From NCBI GenBank assembly GCA_964016885.1, contig OZ024753.1, positions 45,632,001 to 45,696,000 of the forward strand: a DNA stretch of 64,000 nucleotides. The letters run 5' to 3'. The notes below the pieces were generated by a model, which worked only from the letters and a program-made list of their open reading frames with translations, did no database searches and was not told the DNA's origin. The position numbers and the translations under genes were made by a program. The first letter of the stretch is position 1; each line of letters begins with the position of its first letter. Below, one piece after another: positions 30,333-46,327 of this stretch. This DNA comes from Eledone cirrhosa (lineage: Eukaryota).

Positions 30333-31185
30333 AGTTTTATATCTCTTTAGCAAGGAATGTCATTCTCATATCTTTAGCATATTACCTCAGTGCAAAAATA
30401 ATTATTATTCTTTTATAATTTAGCAATTTCGTAGCGTTTCTAAAATTATGTAATGTTCATGTTTATAATGCCAAAGACAACATTATATATTATTACATCG
30501 TTGATACGAGAATTTAAGAAATTTTGAATACCATGAAATACCTAAGGGAAGAAAAGTAAACACACATATATATATATATATAGATATAATGTATATTTAT
30601 ATATGTATATATATGTATATACATAATGTATATATATTTATATGTGTGTGTGTTTGTGTATGCCAGAGTGTGTGTGCAAGTGCGTGAGTGTGTATATCGG
30701 GGTGGGGGTGGGGGGGTTGAAGCAGATTAGAAATATATTGAAATATATATTTCCTGAAATTTTCAGGATTTTGTATTTAATATATATTTCCTCTGGCATT
30801 CACGTACATTTTCACTGTGTGTTTGATTTCTTTGTTTTTACACTTTTAGTTAGATTTCTTTAAGTTTCATACAACGCTACGAATTAGATTAAAACGTGTC
30901 TATGTTTTTTATATAACGTGAATAAAAATTGGATTATTTTTAATGAAAGGAAAATATATATCATATTTTTAAAAATGAAACTTTTTGCCTCAGAATTACA
31001 TTCGCTCTTTCGAAGATTTTACTGAAGTAAAGAAAATGATATGTTTTATATAAGACAAAATAAATTAGAACGCATATATCTGTGAAGATATAACACAGGA
31101 AGGGACATATATTTTGTGGTATTACATATATTACTGAAAGAAAAAGTTGATTTCTATAATGGAATAAAGAGGCTAGGAAGATAAT

Positions 31186-31384
31186 TGTTTCTACTTTTTG
31201 GCACAAGGCCAGCAAATTACCCAGTGCATTACTGGTACTTTATTTTATCGACCCCGTAAGGATGAAAGGCAAAGTCAACCTCAGCGAGATTTGAACTCAG
31301 ATCGTTAAGGGACGTAATGATGCTGGAAAGCATGGCATCCAACCCTCTACCGATACTGCCAATCCACCGCCAATCACTGCCAAT
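31186..31384 (-). mobile_element. tRNA-derived SINE, full length with TSD
   Basis: TSD CTAGGAAGATAAT at 31173-31185 and 31385-31397. Confidence 0.9.
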
Positions 31385-32034
31385 CTAGGAAGATAATGGG
31401 CGCAGGTATGAATCAGTGATTAAGAATTAGGATGCAAATTCTAGTTGCATGGAGCTCGATCCATTTGAGTGTCATTTTGGAGAAATCGTTTTCTTTTCTG
31501 CAAGAGTGTGGTCCCAAGCATTGAGATTGGAGTTGTGTAGAATAAAAAATACTTGGAAAACCTCATATTGGAGAAACCTTTTTCATTTCTACAATGGTGC
31601 AGGCCCAGTGACATTGTGTGGAATTGCTTTGAAAACCAGTCAGATGAACTCTATTTTCAATTCAAATATCCTGGCTTGTTATAAGGTTTGTTCAGTTTAA
31701 GACAACATGTGAATGTGGCTGACACACCCAGATATGAAATAGACGCTTGCTTTGATTAAATAGTTGGTACACGAATCGAAGTAGGCCACGAATGTACATA
31801 TGATTTATGTGTGTTTGTGTGTAAATATATATACATGCATACTCCACACTCACACCGCCATGTCATGTCTCGAATACAAGATATATTCTCCAACACGTAG
31901 CTCTGATAAAGACTGACTTATTTATAACGACCCATCCAACCCATTACACCATGATGTTACAGATGATGATAATAACTATGTTGATGATGATGATCCTGGT
32001 GAAAATCGTAATGATCACGTTGATAGTGATGATA

Positions 32035-32074
<40 letters not shown>

Positions 32075-32432
32075 TATCATAATTGCAAACGAATCGAATG
32101 TTATTATTAATATTCGAAAACCTCAGATTACATTTATATATATATATGAGTAAATTTATATATCTATATATTAAATATTTCAATAGAACTTGTATATATA
32201 CATTTCTGTGTACATATATCAGTGTATTGCTGTCTTATATTCGTCAATATACGAATAAGCATTAGATGGAGAATGCTTTAATTAAATTATGAGATCATAT
32301 CTGTAGATTTGAAACTATGTTATCGTAACTCGGTGAAATAACTAACCTATATATGAATTATGGTATTTACGTAGAATTACGGAATATATGAGACACGGAT
32401 AACATCTGCGAAACATTACATAAACTTATATT

Positions 32433-32496
<64 letters not shown>

Positions 32497-32876
32497 ACTG
32501 TTTTACCCAGAAGCTGCTGAATTTGTTGCGTATTTAGTATCATTAGTAAGCCCATGGGAAACATCATAACGGTTTTATTCATAACATAATTACGAACAAG
32601 AGAACATTCAATTAGTGTACGCCTGGTTGCATTCCTTTGTGTTTTGTTGCCTTTGATGCGAGAATTATTTACACTTGAAGCTGTAATAAGGTTTATGGTA
32701 AGTATAAATGTATTAACAGAAAACAAAAAAAAAAAAACATTCACACCAATGAGAAATGGAATGAAAAGCAAGGAAATGCTTAAAGAATATATTACAATGA
32801 TTATTAAATTAGTGCTAATTATGTTATTAGCAATAATAGAAATATTAATGAAGGTTGTAATAACAAATAAAATAAT

Positions 32877-33292
32877 ATGACGCTGATAATTCTGATAGAT
32901 ATAATAATAATGATAGTAATGGTGATAATGGTGATGATGATGTTCATGGTAATGATGTTCATGTTAATGATGATGGTGATGGATATAATAATAGTGATAG
33001 TAATGGTGGTGATGACGGTGATGATGATGTTCATGGTAATGATGTTGATGTTAATGATGATGGTGATGGATATAATAATAGTGATAGTAATGATGATAAT
33101 AATGATGATAATGATGATGTTGATAGATATTGATGATGTTAATGATGATGGTGATGGTAATGATGATGTTGATAGATATAATGATACTGATAGAGATGAT
33201 GATGATGTTAATGATGGCAATGATGGTGGTGGTAATGATGATGATGATGACGATGATTTTGGTGATGGTGATGATGATGATGATGTAAGATG
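32877..33292. repeat. (ATG/ATA/GTG)n degenerate repeat with an internal duplication of about 80 bp
   Basis: GGTGATGATGATGTTCATGGTAATGATGTT...GGATATAATAATAGTGATAGTAATG occurs twice. Confidence 0.9.
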
Positions 33293-33817
33293 ATTAATTC
33301 ATGATTACATTCTACATTTCCATAATAATTGTTGTTACACCATCGATGCAATTATTATGTGTAAATGACGTCATTGACGGTAGACGTAAGGAAAAAATGA
33401 TATGAAAAGGTTGTAGGTTTAAAGAACAAATAATAATTAAAAGACCAAGAACAAAATAACACCCCTACCACACCCACCCCACACACCAAAAACACACATT
33501 TAAATGCTTAGTTAACCTCATATTGATACAAGTGATTGGAATTAAGGATCGATTGATCGAATGATCACGTACATGTCTCTCCGTTGACTGAAATATGTCT
33601 TAGCTGAAGTGTTGTACACTTTATGATTTCAATAAAAATAACTTTTTAAAAATCCAATTAAATGTTGGAAAGGCAGCTCAGACTGTTCGACTTTATCGAT
33701 TGTGTCTTGTTTATGAGAAATATCCCTGAAAACATATTGTACATGTTATAGATTCACATCAATACAAGGCAGGATGTGACACAAAATGAGAGAGTTCTTC
33801 ATGTAAACACTTTATAT

Positions 33818-33997
33818 GGCCACGTCTCTCGTTTCAAAGACAATATTTGGACTATTAGAGTGACAGAGTGGACACTAAGGCAGAAGGCGGTCACAGGCCA
33901 AATGACACGTGGATGTGACCCAATGCCTCTGCCCATATGGCCCTGTATGACCAGAGAAAGGAAGCAGTGGACATCAGCCTGGGAGGGATTCATCTAA
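33818..33997 (+). mobile_element. RTE-clade LINE 3'-end fossil (ORF C-terminus)
   Basis: Translation GHVSRFKDNIWTIRVTEWTLR...W...RERKQW...EGF matches the RTE C-terminal pattern WAGHVxR..DxRWT..V.EW.P...W....DR..W. Confidence 0.75.
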
Positions 33998-34255
33998 CAA
34001 GAATGAAAAGGGTTTGGATTTTGGTCATACACATACACACACGCACGCACCCCCACTTATACATATATATTTATATATTAATCGATAAAAGGCCTTGGGC
34101 GCGCCGCTGATCGATTTTGGTGTCCTGTATTGAGCGCCAAAACATCTATGACCTACGGTTTACAGTTGATGAAGGATTTCTTCTCTTGTTTCGTCCATAT
34201 TACCATCCTAAAGTTTGTTAACAGTAAACACAGCTCACTTCGTCTCTTGTAATTT

Positions 34256-34315
<60 letters not shown>

Positions 34316-35619
34316 GGCAGTACAGTTAATACGAAGAATTGTGGGATTTGTATTTAATGACTGATAAGTTTCAAACGCTGGTACAATGTGGTAGAAATAT
34401 ATAAAGGGAAAAGTATGACAAATATAACAAAACCCAGTATATTTCAATATTTCAGGGAAATACTCCTTTTTCAAATGAGAAGCGAAAGCGGTTCAAAACA
34501 AAAACGGGTTTCAGTAAATAGACTGGGGTCATAGTTCGGCTGTAACATGAAGAGATTCAGTGGGTCATATCACTCCCAATTGTTGTTTGATTCTCCTCTA
34601 TAATTTATCGATTTATATTTATCGAATCGCAAATAAGAAGACACAAACGAAGATACGCACATATATACTGACACACACATACATTAATACACATAGGAAT
34701 CCAAACACACACACACGTATACATATAGAGATATATATTTACACACATGCACATTCATAGATAATGGGGGAAATAGGATAATGTGTGTGTGTGTGAGAGA
34801 GTGTGTGTGTATGTGAGTCTAAGTTAGGGTAGGACAGATCGATATTGAAATGGAGTTCAATATATATTGATAGAGGTAGCATGGTCTAGACTAAATTTAC
34901 TGGAATTAATTGATTGGTTTCATGTATAAATTACATAAGTAACTTCAGTCCTCTTGTATTCCCTCATGTCTCTTCACTTTTAAATTAAAAATGAAAACTC
35001 TGCAACACATCGACACAAAGTTACACAACTTACAACAAATTCTACTTAGTTTTCTAGAGTAATTTAACGTTTGTTTTAATTAGTCACAGAGCTAACATCA
35101 TTTACATTCGTTACTTTACTGTTTGCACTTAAACAGTAATGTTAGTAAGAATTGGGCGTTCGCTTTAAAAGTGTAGAGATAATAATACATTTCTTTGGCT
35201 TTATAAAGTGCACATTATATTCATTAAACACCACACGCATATGTACCTACATATAGATATATATAGATGTCCCTATTTATATGTATACACACGTACATAT
35301 ATGTATATATATAAATACATATATGTTGTGTCTTTAAATGAGTACATATATAGTGGTTATTTAGTCTTATCGTACAGTAGCACGTAACGTAGTCGTTTAC
35401 ATAATAGAAGTCGCAGTGAATTCTTGTAAAGACAGTTCTGTGTGAACAGAAGTAATGTATAATGAAGAGAAGTCACGTTCAAGGACATATCATGTCGTCT
35501 AGCTCAGACATCGAACTTAATAACCACTGATTTAAACACTTGGCAAAGATCCTTCACCACACACAATTATACATATAAACATCTTCCATCAGATATGTAT
35601 GTCTTTATATATTTATTTA

Positions 35620-35676
<57 letters not shown>

Positions 35677-36184
35677 CTTTGTGTGTGTGTGTTTGAGTTC
35701 GAGTGTTTGTGTATGTGTGGAGTTACGTATTTTGAATTTAAAAGAAATAGCTTCAACACACGTTCAACTTCGTTTCGTCCAGGGACTTATATAGTAAAAA
35801 ACGTGCGTTTTAAAATTTCATATTTGCTTTAAAGTCAATACACACACACACACAAGCACACTCAGGCAGACACACATATATATATGCTCGCGAATGTGTG
35901 TGTATATGTGTGTGTTTTCATATACAAACGTAAGAAAAAACGCTTCTAAATCGACGTACAGGGTTACACATAAATATCTCTATCTATCTGTATGTATGAT
36001 CTATAAAAGTAACATACCCTAACGTCGAAAATATTCTTTGCAAGTCCTCCTCCATTTGTATTATGGAATATATTATAAAAAATATATTAACAAATCACTG
36101 AAAATAGGCAGGAAGTGTATATAATCGTGATCATCTTTTATACACTCTCACATATACATGTACACATATATATACACATACATG

Positions 36185-36233
<49 letters not shown>

Positions 36234-36239
36234 ATGCAT

Positions 36240-36273
<34 letters not shown>

Positions 36274-36684
36274 ATGTATTCTATCACGTATATTCAGTCA
36301 CAAACATTCTATTTATATAAATTTATTTACATGTATATGTTATATATGTACATATATATATGCATATGTCTATATATGTATATATATATATCAACAATTA
36401 TGTTGGGATATAAGTGTGGTAAGATGAAAGTTCTACGCCATTCCCATTTAAAAGCCACTTCAATGAAGACAAAGTATATAAGGTGTAGACGTGAACAGTA
36501 ATGGATTTTAATATACATCAAATGCTTTGATACGTATAGAGACTTTATTTTTCTTTTAGGTATGTATCATGTAATTTTGAAGCCTTATATAATAAATAAT
36601 GATGTTATTTAACATACACCAATCCAATTCTGCACCAAATAACTTAGATGTATGTATGTGTGCCTGTCTGCCTGTATGAATGTC

Positions 36685-36763
<79 letters not shown>

Positions 36764-36777
36764 CAACACACGCACAC

Positions 36778-36927
36778 AAATCCTGAAGATTTAAAACGAA
36801 TGAAGCAGCTCTAGTCCGCTGGAATTCATTTCGTTATGTAAAAAAAGAAAACTGTTTCTTCTCTACTAATATATTGAGTACCGTTTCCTTGCTGTAGTTT
36901 CCTCTTCATCTCCTTCGGAAAACCATT
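36778..36927 (+). mobile_element. Diverged family A-related element with decayed HHR
   Basis: CTGAAGA-TTTAAAACGAAT-GAAG-CAGCTCTAGTCC resembles 8481-8515 (GAAA changed to GAAG); downstream TATTGAGTACC 36872-36882. Confidence 0.6.
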
Positions 36928-37128
36928 CTTATTCGGTACTTTTGGCATAGATCTCTCTAGAGGGTTATTTTTGGTCCTTCACTTTAATATTATATAGGTC
37001 CACTCTGAATCAAATTATTCATTCTTGGAGTGTTGAGTGTACACAGACTAGTTCGAATAATTTCACTTCTTTTGCCATTGCTCAAACAACTTCGAAAAAT
37101 TACTTAATGTATAAATACTTTCTACTTC

Positions 37129-37575
37129 TACGGAAGAGCTGTCGGATGGAATTGTCTGAGATCCACACAGGAAGACGAAACTGTTCTTTGTCCGGGCGTT
37201 GTTGACTTGTGGAGAGGGAAGTGTTGCCCACCCACACTCAGTATATCTGTTAATTGGCTGAATGTAGCGAGGACGGTGCACGTAAATGGACCTACACTGA
37301 GCAGGCGTATGTAGGGTGGAGAATTCAGAGAGGAGAAGGGCACCTCTTTATTGTGCTCTTGTTGATTAAATGGTGGATGTTTTTGACCTGTAGGGTTCGT
37401 TAACTACCCCTATCTGATGTCATCCCCTCTTTTGGGGATCCTGTTGTTGTTTATCTATTGTCAATTCTGAATTGTTTCCCTATTTTTACACCTTTTATAT
37501 AAATCCCAACTGTCCCTGTTTCTCTATAGTCCTTTATATTTGGGCCCTAGTGGCCAATAAAGAAATAATTATTAT
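37129..37575 (+). mobile_element. L1/Tx1-type LINE 3'-end fossil
   Basis: Frame 37129-37314 reads YGRAVGWNCLRSTQEDETVLCPGVVDLW...WLNVARTVHVNGPTLSRRM*, resembling a deleted C-terminal CxxC...ET..H....C zinc knuckle. A 3' UTR, AATAAA at 37556-37561 and a short AAT/ATT tail follow. Confidence 0.65.
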
Positions 37576-38124
37576 TTGTGATAATGGTTCTCATTCACAC
37601 GTTGGCAATATGAAATAAACAAGAAAAGAAATATAAAATATACCAGAAACATTGACTATAATTTAAACTGAGAACAGAAAAAAAAATTAATAATTTCAGA
37701 AAAATATACAATTCCCTTCATTTTCTTATTTGTACCTTTATTATTTATTCTTGCCGTTTGCATCTAGGAAATTCATGTATAAATTGCCTTCAGTAATAAT
37801 ACGTATTTGTTGCAAACGTTGTTATTGCTGTTGTTGGTGGTAGTGGTGATGATATCATTTTTTTTTTTTTTTCGTTGCTTAATAATTTTTTTGCTCTTGA
37901 AGCGTTTTCCTGTGAAATGTTTCTGTAGTTGGAAAGTTAGAAGAAGTGAATTACTAATGGCAGGGAGAACGGTAGAATATAATTCCGGAAGTTTAGTTTG
38001 AAACAATCTAAGAATACATTAAAAATATCAATATGAATACACAAATATTCTACTGAGAAACACACCACAGCACACCCTCCACACCACACCACACCACACA
38101 GTCATCTCCCTCTCTCTCTCTCTC

Positions 38125-38200
38125 TATATATATATACATATATATGTTTATACATATATACATATATACATATATATATAAGCGTATATATATATATTTA

Positions 38201-38246
<46 letters not shown>

Positions 38247-38294
38247 TATATATATATACATACATATATGTGTGTGTATATATATATATATGTG

Positions 38295-38326
<32 letters not shown>

Positions 38327-38335
38327 TATGTATAC

Positions 38336-38378
<43 letters not shown>

Positions 38379-38478
38379 CATATATATATATGCATATATA
38401 TGTATATATATATATATATGCATATATATGTATACATATATATATATGCATATATATGTATATATACACATATATATG

Positions 38479-38526
<48 letters not shown>

Positions 38527-38600
38527 TATCTATATATATGTGTGTGTGTGTCTGTGTGCGATTGTGAGTCTGTGTGTGTGTGTGTGTGTGCGTGTGTGGA
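38125..38600. repeat. Interrupted (TA)n array followed by (GT)n
   Basis: Read directly from the sequence. Confidence 0.93.
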
Positions 38601-38717
38601 TGAATGCATGTAAGCACGCATGTGTATATAGCCTGAGTCTTTTGAAAGAGTCTGTATTTTTAAGACAATAGAAAATAAATTTATATCTTACAATAAAAAA
38701 ATGAGGCCTTACCGTAA

Positions 38718-39066
38718 GTGTTGTTGTTGTTGTTGTTGTTGGTATTGTTATTGTGCATCTTGTTATTGTTGGTGTACTTATTGTTGTCTTTTTATCGTTG
38801 TTGTTGTAGTCATTGTTATTGTTGTTGTTGTTGTCTTTTTATCGTTGTTGTTGTTGTTGCTGTTGTCTTTTTATCGTTGTTGTAGTTATTGTTATTGTTG
38901 TTGTTGTCGTCTTTTTATCGTTGTTGTTGTAGTTATTGTAGGTGTTCTTATTATTTGAGTTTTTCTTCTTCTAAAAATACAGCCTACGGTGCAAATAATA
39001 ATGTTTTGAAATATTTTAAAATAATATTTGAAACATTTTATCTGAGGTCACACATTTAAAATCTTC

Positions 39067-39097
<31 letters not shown>

Positions 39098-39207
39098 CAC
39101 TACTACTACTACTACTGCTGCTGCTACCAACAATAACATCACCACCACCTCCACCACTACTACTACTACTACTTCCACCACCACCACTACTACCACTACT
39201 AATACAA

Positions 39208-39249
<42 letters not shown>

Positions 39250-39287
39250 TAACTACTACTACTACTACTACTATAACTACTACTACT

Positions 39288-39319
<32 letters not shown>

Positions 39320-39812
39320 GATGAGTACTATAAACAATTTATTGTATTTCTAAATTATAATAATTCTACTGCTAAAAGCAATTATTCTAATTGCTGTGGT
39401 AGAGATGATTGTGATGATGTTGGTGTTGTTGGTGTTGATGGTGTTGTTGGTGTTGTTGTTGGTGTTGTTAATGTTGTTGGTTTTGGTGTTGTTAGTGTTG
39501 TTGTTAGTGTTGTTAGTGTTGTTGGTGTTGTTGGTGTTGTTAGTGTTGTTGGTGTTGTTGGTGTTGTTAGTGTTGTTGGTGTTGTTGGTGTTGTTGTTGG
39601 TGTTGTTAGTGTTGTTGGTGTCGTTAGTGTTGTTGGTGTTGTTAGTGTTGTTGTTGGTGTTGTTGGTGTTGTTGGTGTTGTTGTTGGTGTTGTTCGTGGT
39701 GTTGGTGTTGTTAGTGTTGTTGGTGTTGTTATTGGTGTTGTTAGTGTTGTTAGTGTTGTTAGTGTTGTTGGTGTTGTTATTGGTGTTGTTGGTGTTGTTG
39801 GTGTTGGTGTTC
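38718..39812. repeat. Cluster of trinucleotide arrays: (GTT)n, (CTA)n, (GTT/GGT/AGT)n
   Basis: Arrays at about 38718-38945, 39068-39320 and 39415-39812. Confidence 0.93.
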
Positions 39813-40580
39813 ATGGTATTTTAAAGAGGAAGATGATGGTAGCGATGTTTGGGTGTGTTTTTTTTTGTTTATAATTTTGTTCTGTTGCTTCTATTGGTTA
39901 TGACGAGAATGTTAGTGGTGATGATAAGTATGATGACTATGATGACTATAATGTTGACTGTGGTAGTGGTGATGTAGAGGGAGATTTTGATGAGGACGGG
40001 GTGTTTAGTATTATGCTAAGGGTTAAGTATTCAAATACCATCTTAAAGTAAAACATCGATGGTTATAGATTTAGATAAAGAGGAGCTTATATTTATGTAC
40101 ATACTACACGTCATTCAACATATACTTAGTTCATCTACGTTCCTCATTAGAATTAGCAGCTACATCTCTTTCCAGTCACACAACACCGTCTGAAAATATA
40201 AAAGATCTATTATAAATAGCTAAGTTGTATGTAGGAGTGGTTACAGCTTATAGAAAGGTAGGTAGATAGATAGATAGATAGATAGATAGATTGATAGATA
40301 CTTATAGAGATAGAGATAGAGAGAGAGAGATAGATAGACAAGAGAAGATAAAGAAAGAGGTGAGTAGGGTCCCTCTATGGTGTAGCCGTTTTATTGAAGG
40401 TAAACATCTGAGACATACATAGTATACTAATCAGTTGGTGAACCAAGAAGAGTTCTGTACATGCTAGCCTGGTGGGGGGAAAGAGACAGAGTTGGCCGCT
40501 ATATTTGGAATGTTGTACATGCATCAGCTTTCTGTTTCGTTTTGTAGTTTATAGATCATAATATATATATATATATATAT

Positions 40581-40783
40581 ATAGGAACCAGTAAGACCCC
40601 GACAGCTGAGCTCAAGCCGTTTCGACGGCTAATTCTGGACTAATTAGTCCAGAATTAGCCGTCGAAACGGCTTGAGCTCAGCTGTCGGGGGTCTTACTGG
40701 TTCCTATTACCCACTCTACTACCTCAAGTATTGAGTACTTTGGTGCGTTATGGTCCACCTGGTTCCTTACCACATTTCCTTCG

Positions 40784-40784
<1 letters not shown>
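40581..40784 (+). mobile_element. Fold-back Penelope-like element, family C, with a 127-bp palindrome
   Basis: Near-perfect palindrome 40581-40707 centred at 40643/40644. It contains an HHR 3' half: GAAA 40664-40667, stem III CGGCT/AGCTG, GTC 40684-40686. Tail with TATTGAGTACT 40729-40739; (TA)n on both sides. Confidence 0.8.
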
Positions 40785-40830
<46 letters not shown>

Positions 40831-41635
40831 AAAGAATAGAGGTGTAACACACAAGTTATTATATATTGGTAAACGGAATAGAAAATGCTGACAAATTGTT
40901 CACAGTGAAAAATAATTTAATTAGGAATAAGTGAGACTTAGTAATAGTATTGGATAGTATTCAGTTTTGGTTTTAAGTTTTACCGGTTGCTCATTTCTAA
41001 TGCTTTTCAAAAATAATTTTGAGATAGAGCGTCTGTGATGTTTTCTCTCTCTCTCTCTATATATATATATATGTGTGTGTTGTGTTGATTATATATCTGT
41101 TCCAACAAAGAGTGTCCCCTCTTTTACTCAACAGAAGAAAAATACTCGTAAAATTAATATACAAACGGCTGACCATTCGTTAAACGGGTGTAATCTCAAC
41201 CGGATCGTCAGGGTTATACAGCTTGAAGTAATGTGTGACTAGGTTGATCTTTCAACTACGGATAAAACTCATTTTTTTAAACGTTATTAGAAAGGAACAA
41301 TGTGAAATAAAATGTCGTTCTGGAAAACAGAATCCGCCGCTTGTAATCGAATTTATGTCCTCACAATCATCAACAGAATTCTTTGTCAATAAATCTATAC
41401 GCCTTCCCAGTTCATAAGGTAGAACATCACATGAGGTATTCCCAGCGTGACCCCTGTAGTGTTCCAGAGTTGACAGAAGAGTGGAAACACCTAAAATCTC
41501 ACACTCAATAAATGTTTGTTAATCACAGCTTTATAGTCTTTGAAGCCTTTGATAGATTTATCAAAGAAATTACGTTAGAAAATTATCATAGTAATACTAT
41601 GATATCGGATGTATTTCTTCCAATCACACACACAC

Positions 41636-41698
<63 letters not shown>

Positions 41699-41720
41699 TG
41701 CGTGCGCGTGTGTTGGTATT

Positions 41721-41775
<55 letters not shown>

Positions 41776-42336
41776 CGGTATTTATATATATATATATATT
41801 TATCGGTATTTTTATATATATATATATATATGTATCGGTATTTATATATATATATAGGTATTTATATATATATATTCATATGTGTACGTATCCTTTATGA
41901 TATTTGAACATCTACTCTGTTATTATATGTCTATGAAAGGTTAATAAACAATGGACCACCTAACAGATATGACTTTATATTATATAGTTTAGTCAATAAC
42001 AATTGTGTGTATGTCAGTTATTTTAAAGACACAATTATTGTTTGTTCTTTGATATAATGAATACTATTCTGAGTTGGTAGAATTTATAGCAAATAAAGAA
42101 AATTTATTGTGCTATTTGGTAATGTATGGTTCTGTTACGAGATCCAATCACGATGTAGTCTACTTTGATTTTCATACTACGTGTTCACGAACATAAAATA
42201 TCTTTCAAATTATTTAGTGATGCTACAATTAGTTATAAATCTTGTTACGAAATGTTCTACTATGGAACTATGTTTGATAAATTTGACCCCTGCTAAGATC
42301 AACATTGCTTTACATTTGTCACTAAGCCACTAACGG

Positions 42337-42375
<39 letters not shown>

Positions 42376-42510
42376 GCTATCAATGATGATATATATCAGG
42401 AGAGAATCAGTTGAAAACTAGTTTGACCATTATTCAGTAGAGTATGGTTGTATTATAAAAAGTCGGGATATGATGTCTGAGCTCTTATCTAGATTGGAAC
42501 TACCGGCACT

Positions 42511-42558
<48 letters not shown>

Positions 42559-42779
42559 AACACACATACACACATATATATATATATATAAATACTCATA
42601 TATTTATATATATATATATATAAACACTCATATATATATACAAACACTCATATACATCGCAAGGCACCTGGAATAGAGGTGTGATTGCAATTTAATATAT
42701 GTATATTTATACTAATCAACAATAAAAAATGCATGCTTCTCGGGTGTTTTAATGATAGGAGCCACAGTCCTTCAGTGAA

Positions 42780-42862
42780 AAGCAACATGAAATAAAGTGT
42801 CTTGCTCAAGAACTCAATGTACCGTCTAGTCCAGGAATCAAAGCCACAACCTTATGGTAGTG
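42780..42862 (-). mobile_element. Fragment of a second, older SINE family
   Basis: AAGTGTCTTGCTCAAGAACTCAATG...GGAATCAAAGCC resembles the reverse complement of a B-box followed by the GTCCTTGRGCAAGACACTT segment common in metazoan tRNA-SINEs (from recall). Confidence 0.45.
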
Positions 42863-43200
42863 GGGGATGATTTTGAAGACTTCTGTAGTTCTACGTGTTT
42901 TTTCATGTTTCTTGTTCAGCTTTACATTTATATAAAATCAACTGACACATGAAACAACTGGATTATATTCCGTGTTTGTCGTAATTAAGAAACGGTGAAC
43001 TCTAAGAAGAAATACGATAGATGTGTCAACAGTAATGTCGTATTTCATAGAAAATAATTGGAATTGGTCAAAAGTCAGGAAGCTGTTCATGGAATATATT
43101 TTGGCGGGTTTACTTTATGGAATATAATGGTCATGCATTCATACGCCAACACACACACACAAATATCTATCTATCTGTTTATACATCAATCTATATCTAT

Positions 43201-43313
<113 letters not shown>

Positions 43314-43439
43314 GTTCAATTACACATATATATATTATATACGTTCAATTATATATATATATATATATATGTTCAATTGCATATATATATACGTTATATA
43401 TATATATATAATTGAACACACAAATATATATGTAATTGA

Positions 43440-43470
<31 letters not shown>

Positions 43471-43910
43471 TGATATATATGTTCAATTACATATATATTT
43501 GTGTGTTCAATTATATATATATGTAACACACACACTCATATATATATGAGTATGTGTGTTCAATTACATATTCATATACATATATATGTGAGTGTGTGTG
43601 TAACCATATACATTTTTATTTTGTCTATAAGTGCATCTATTTCTATAAGAGTGTTTACATCATACCCGAATTCTATCGAGTATTTTAATGAACCACCTAT
43701 TGCAACCAACTGACATGAAATGTTGATGTTTGTTTTCATTCACTCCGATGCCAATTCTATGCATAGATCGCAAATTAAATTAAGCTTCTACAAAGCGCTA
43801 CAAAGTTTCTGCTACAGTAACGTTTTAAAAAATGAAACATTAACACATTTTGAAAATTATATTCCGTTCGAAATACAGAACTAGATGAATAATGCATATC
43901 TATCAGCAGT

Positions 43911-43912
<2 letters not shown>

Positions 43913-43992
<80 letters not shown>

Positions 43993-43997
43993 ATATC

Positions 43998-44036
<39 letters not shown>

Positions 44037-44099
44037 CTATATATATATTTATATATATATATATCTATATATATATATATATCTATATATATATATATA

Positions 44100-44140
<41 letters not shown>

Positions 44141-44674
44141 ATATATATATATCTATATATATATATCTATATATATATATCTATATATATATATATCTAT
44201 ATATATATCTATATATATATATATCTATATATATATCTATATATATATATATCTATATATATATATATCTATATATATATATATCTATATATATATATAT
44301 CTATATATATATATCATATATATATATCTATATATATATATATATCTATATATATATATATCTATATGTATATATATATCTATATATATATATATCTATA
44401 TATATATATATCTATATATATATATATATCTATATATATATATATATATCTATATATATATATATCTATATATATATATCTATATATATATATATATATA
44501 TATCTATATCTATATATATATATATATATATATCTATATATATATATATCTATATATATATATATATCTATATATATATATATATCTATATATATATATA
44601 TCTATATGTATATATATATCTATATATATATATATCTATATATATATATATATCTATATATATATATATATATC

Positions 44675-44750
<76 letters not shown>
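43913..44750. repeat. (CT)n followed by (TA)n array with TCTA interruptions
   Basis: Read directly from the sequence. Confidence 0.96.
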
Positions 44751-44755
<5 letters not shown>

Positions 44756-44989
44756 CTTAATTCTTATTATTTTATTTATTATTATTTCTGCTCTGTTGCT
44801 TTACACTCGTACAATATTTTGGATTAATTTCCCCTACATATTAAACCTTAGATGAATCGGTTCATTCTATTTCTGGATTGTAGATACACGTTAAATTTGA
44901 AATTTTCTTGATGTTCCAACCTTTCCATACACTTTGTCTCTCACAGAGACAGACGGACACACACACACACAGATACACAGACATACACA

Positions 44990-46325
<1,336 letters not shown>

Positions 46326-46327
46326 AC

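Noticed and set aside
39056-39824. Poly-V, poly-NT and LV-rich ORFs resembling membrane or mucin proteins
   Set aside because: Simple trinucleotide arrays.
40581-40707. Pre-miRNA or MITE interpretation of the palindrome
   Set aside because: No loop, and one arm continues into a tail shared with non-palindromic copies at 6861 and 56437, which favours a fold-back retro-insertion.
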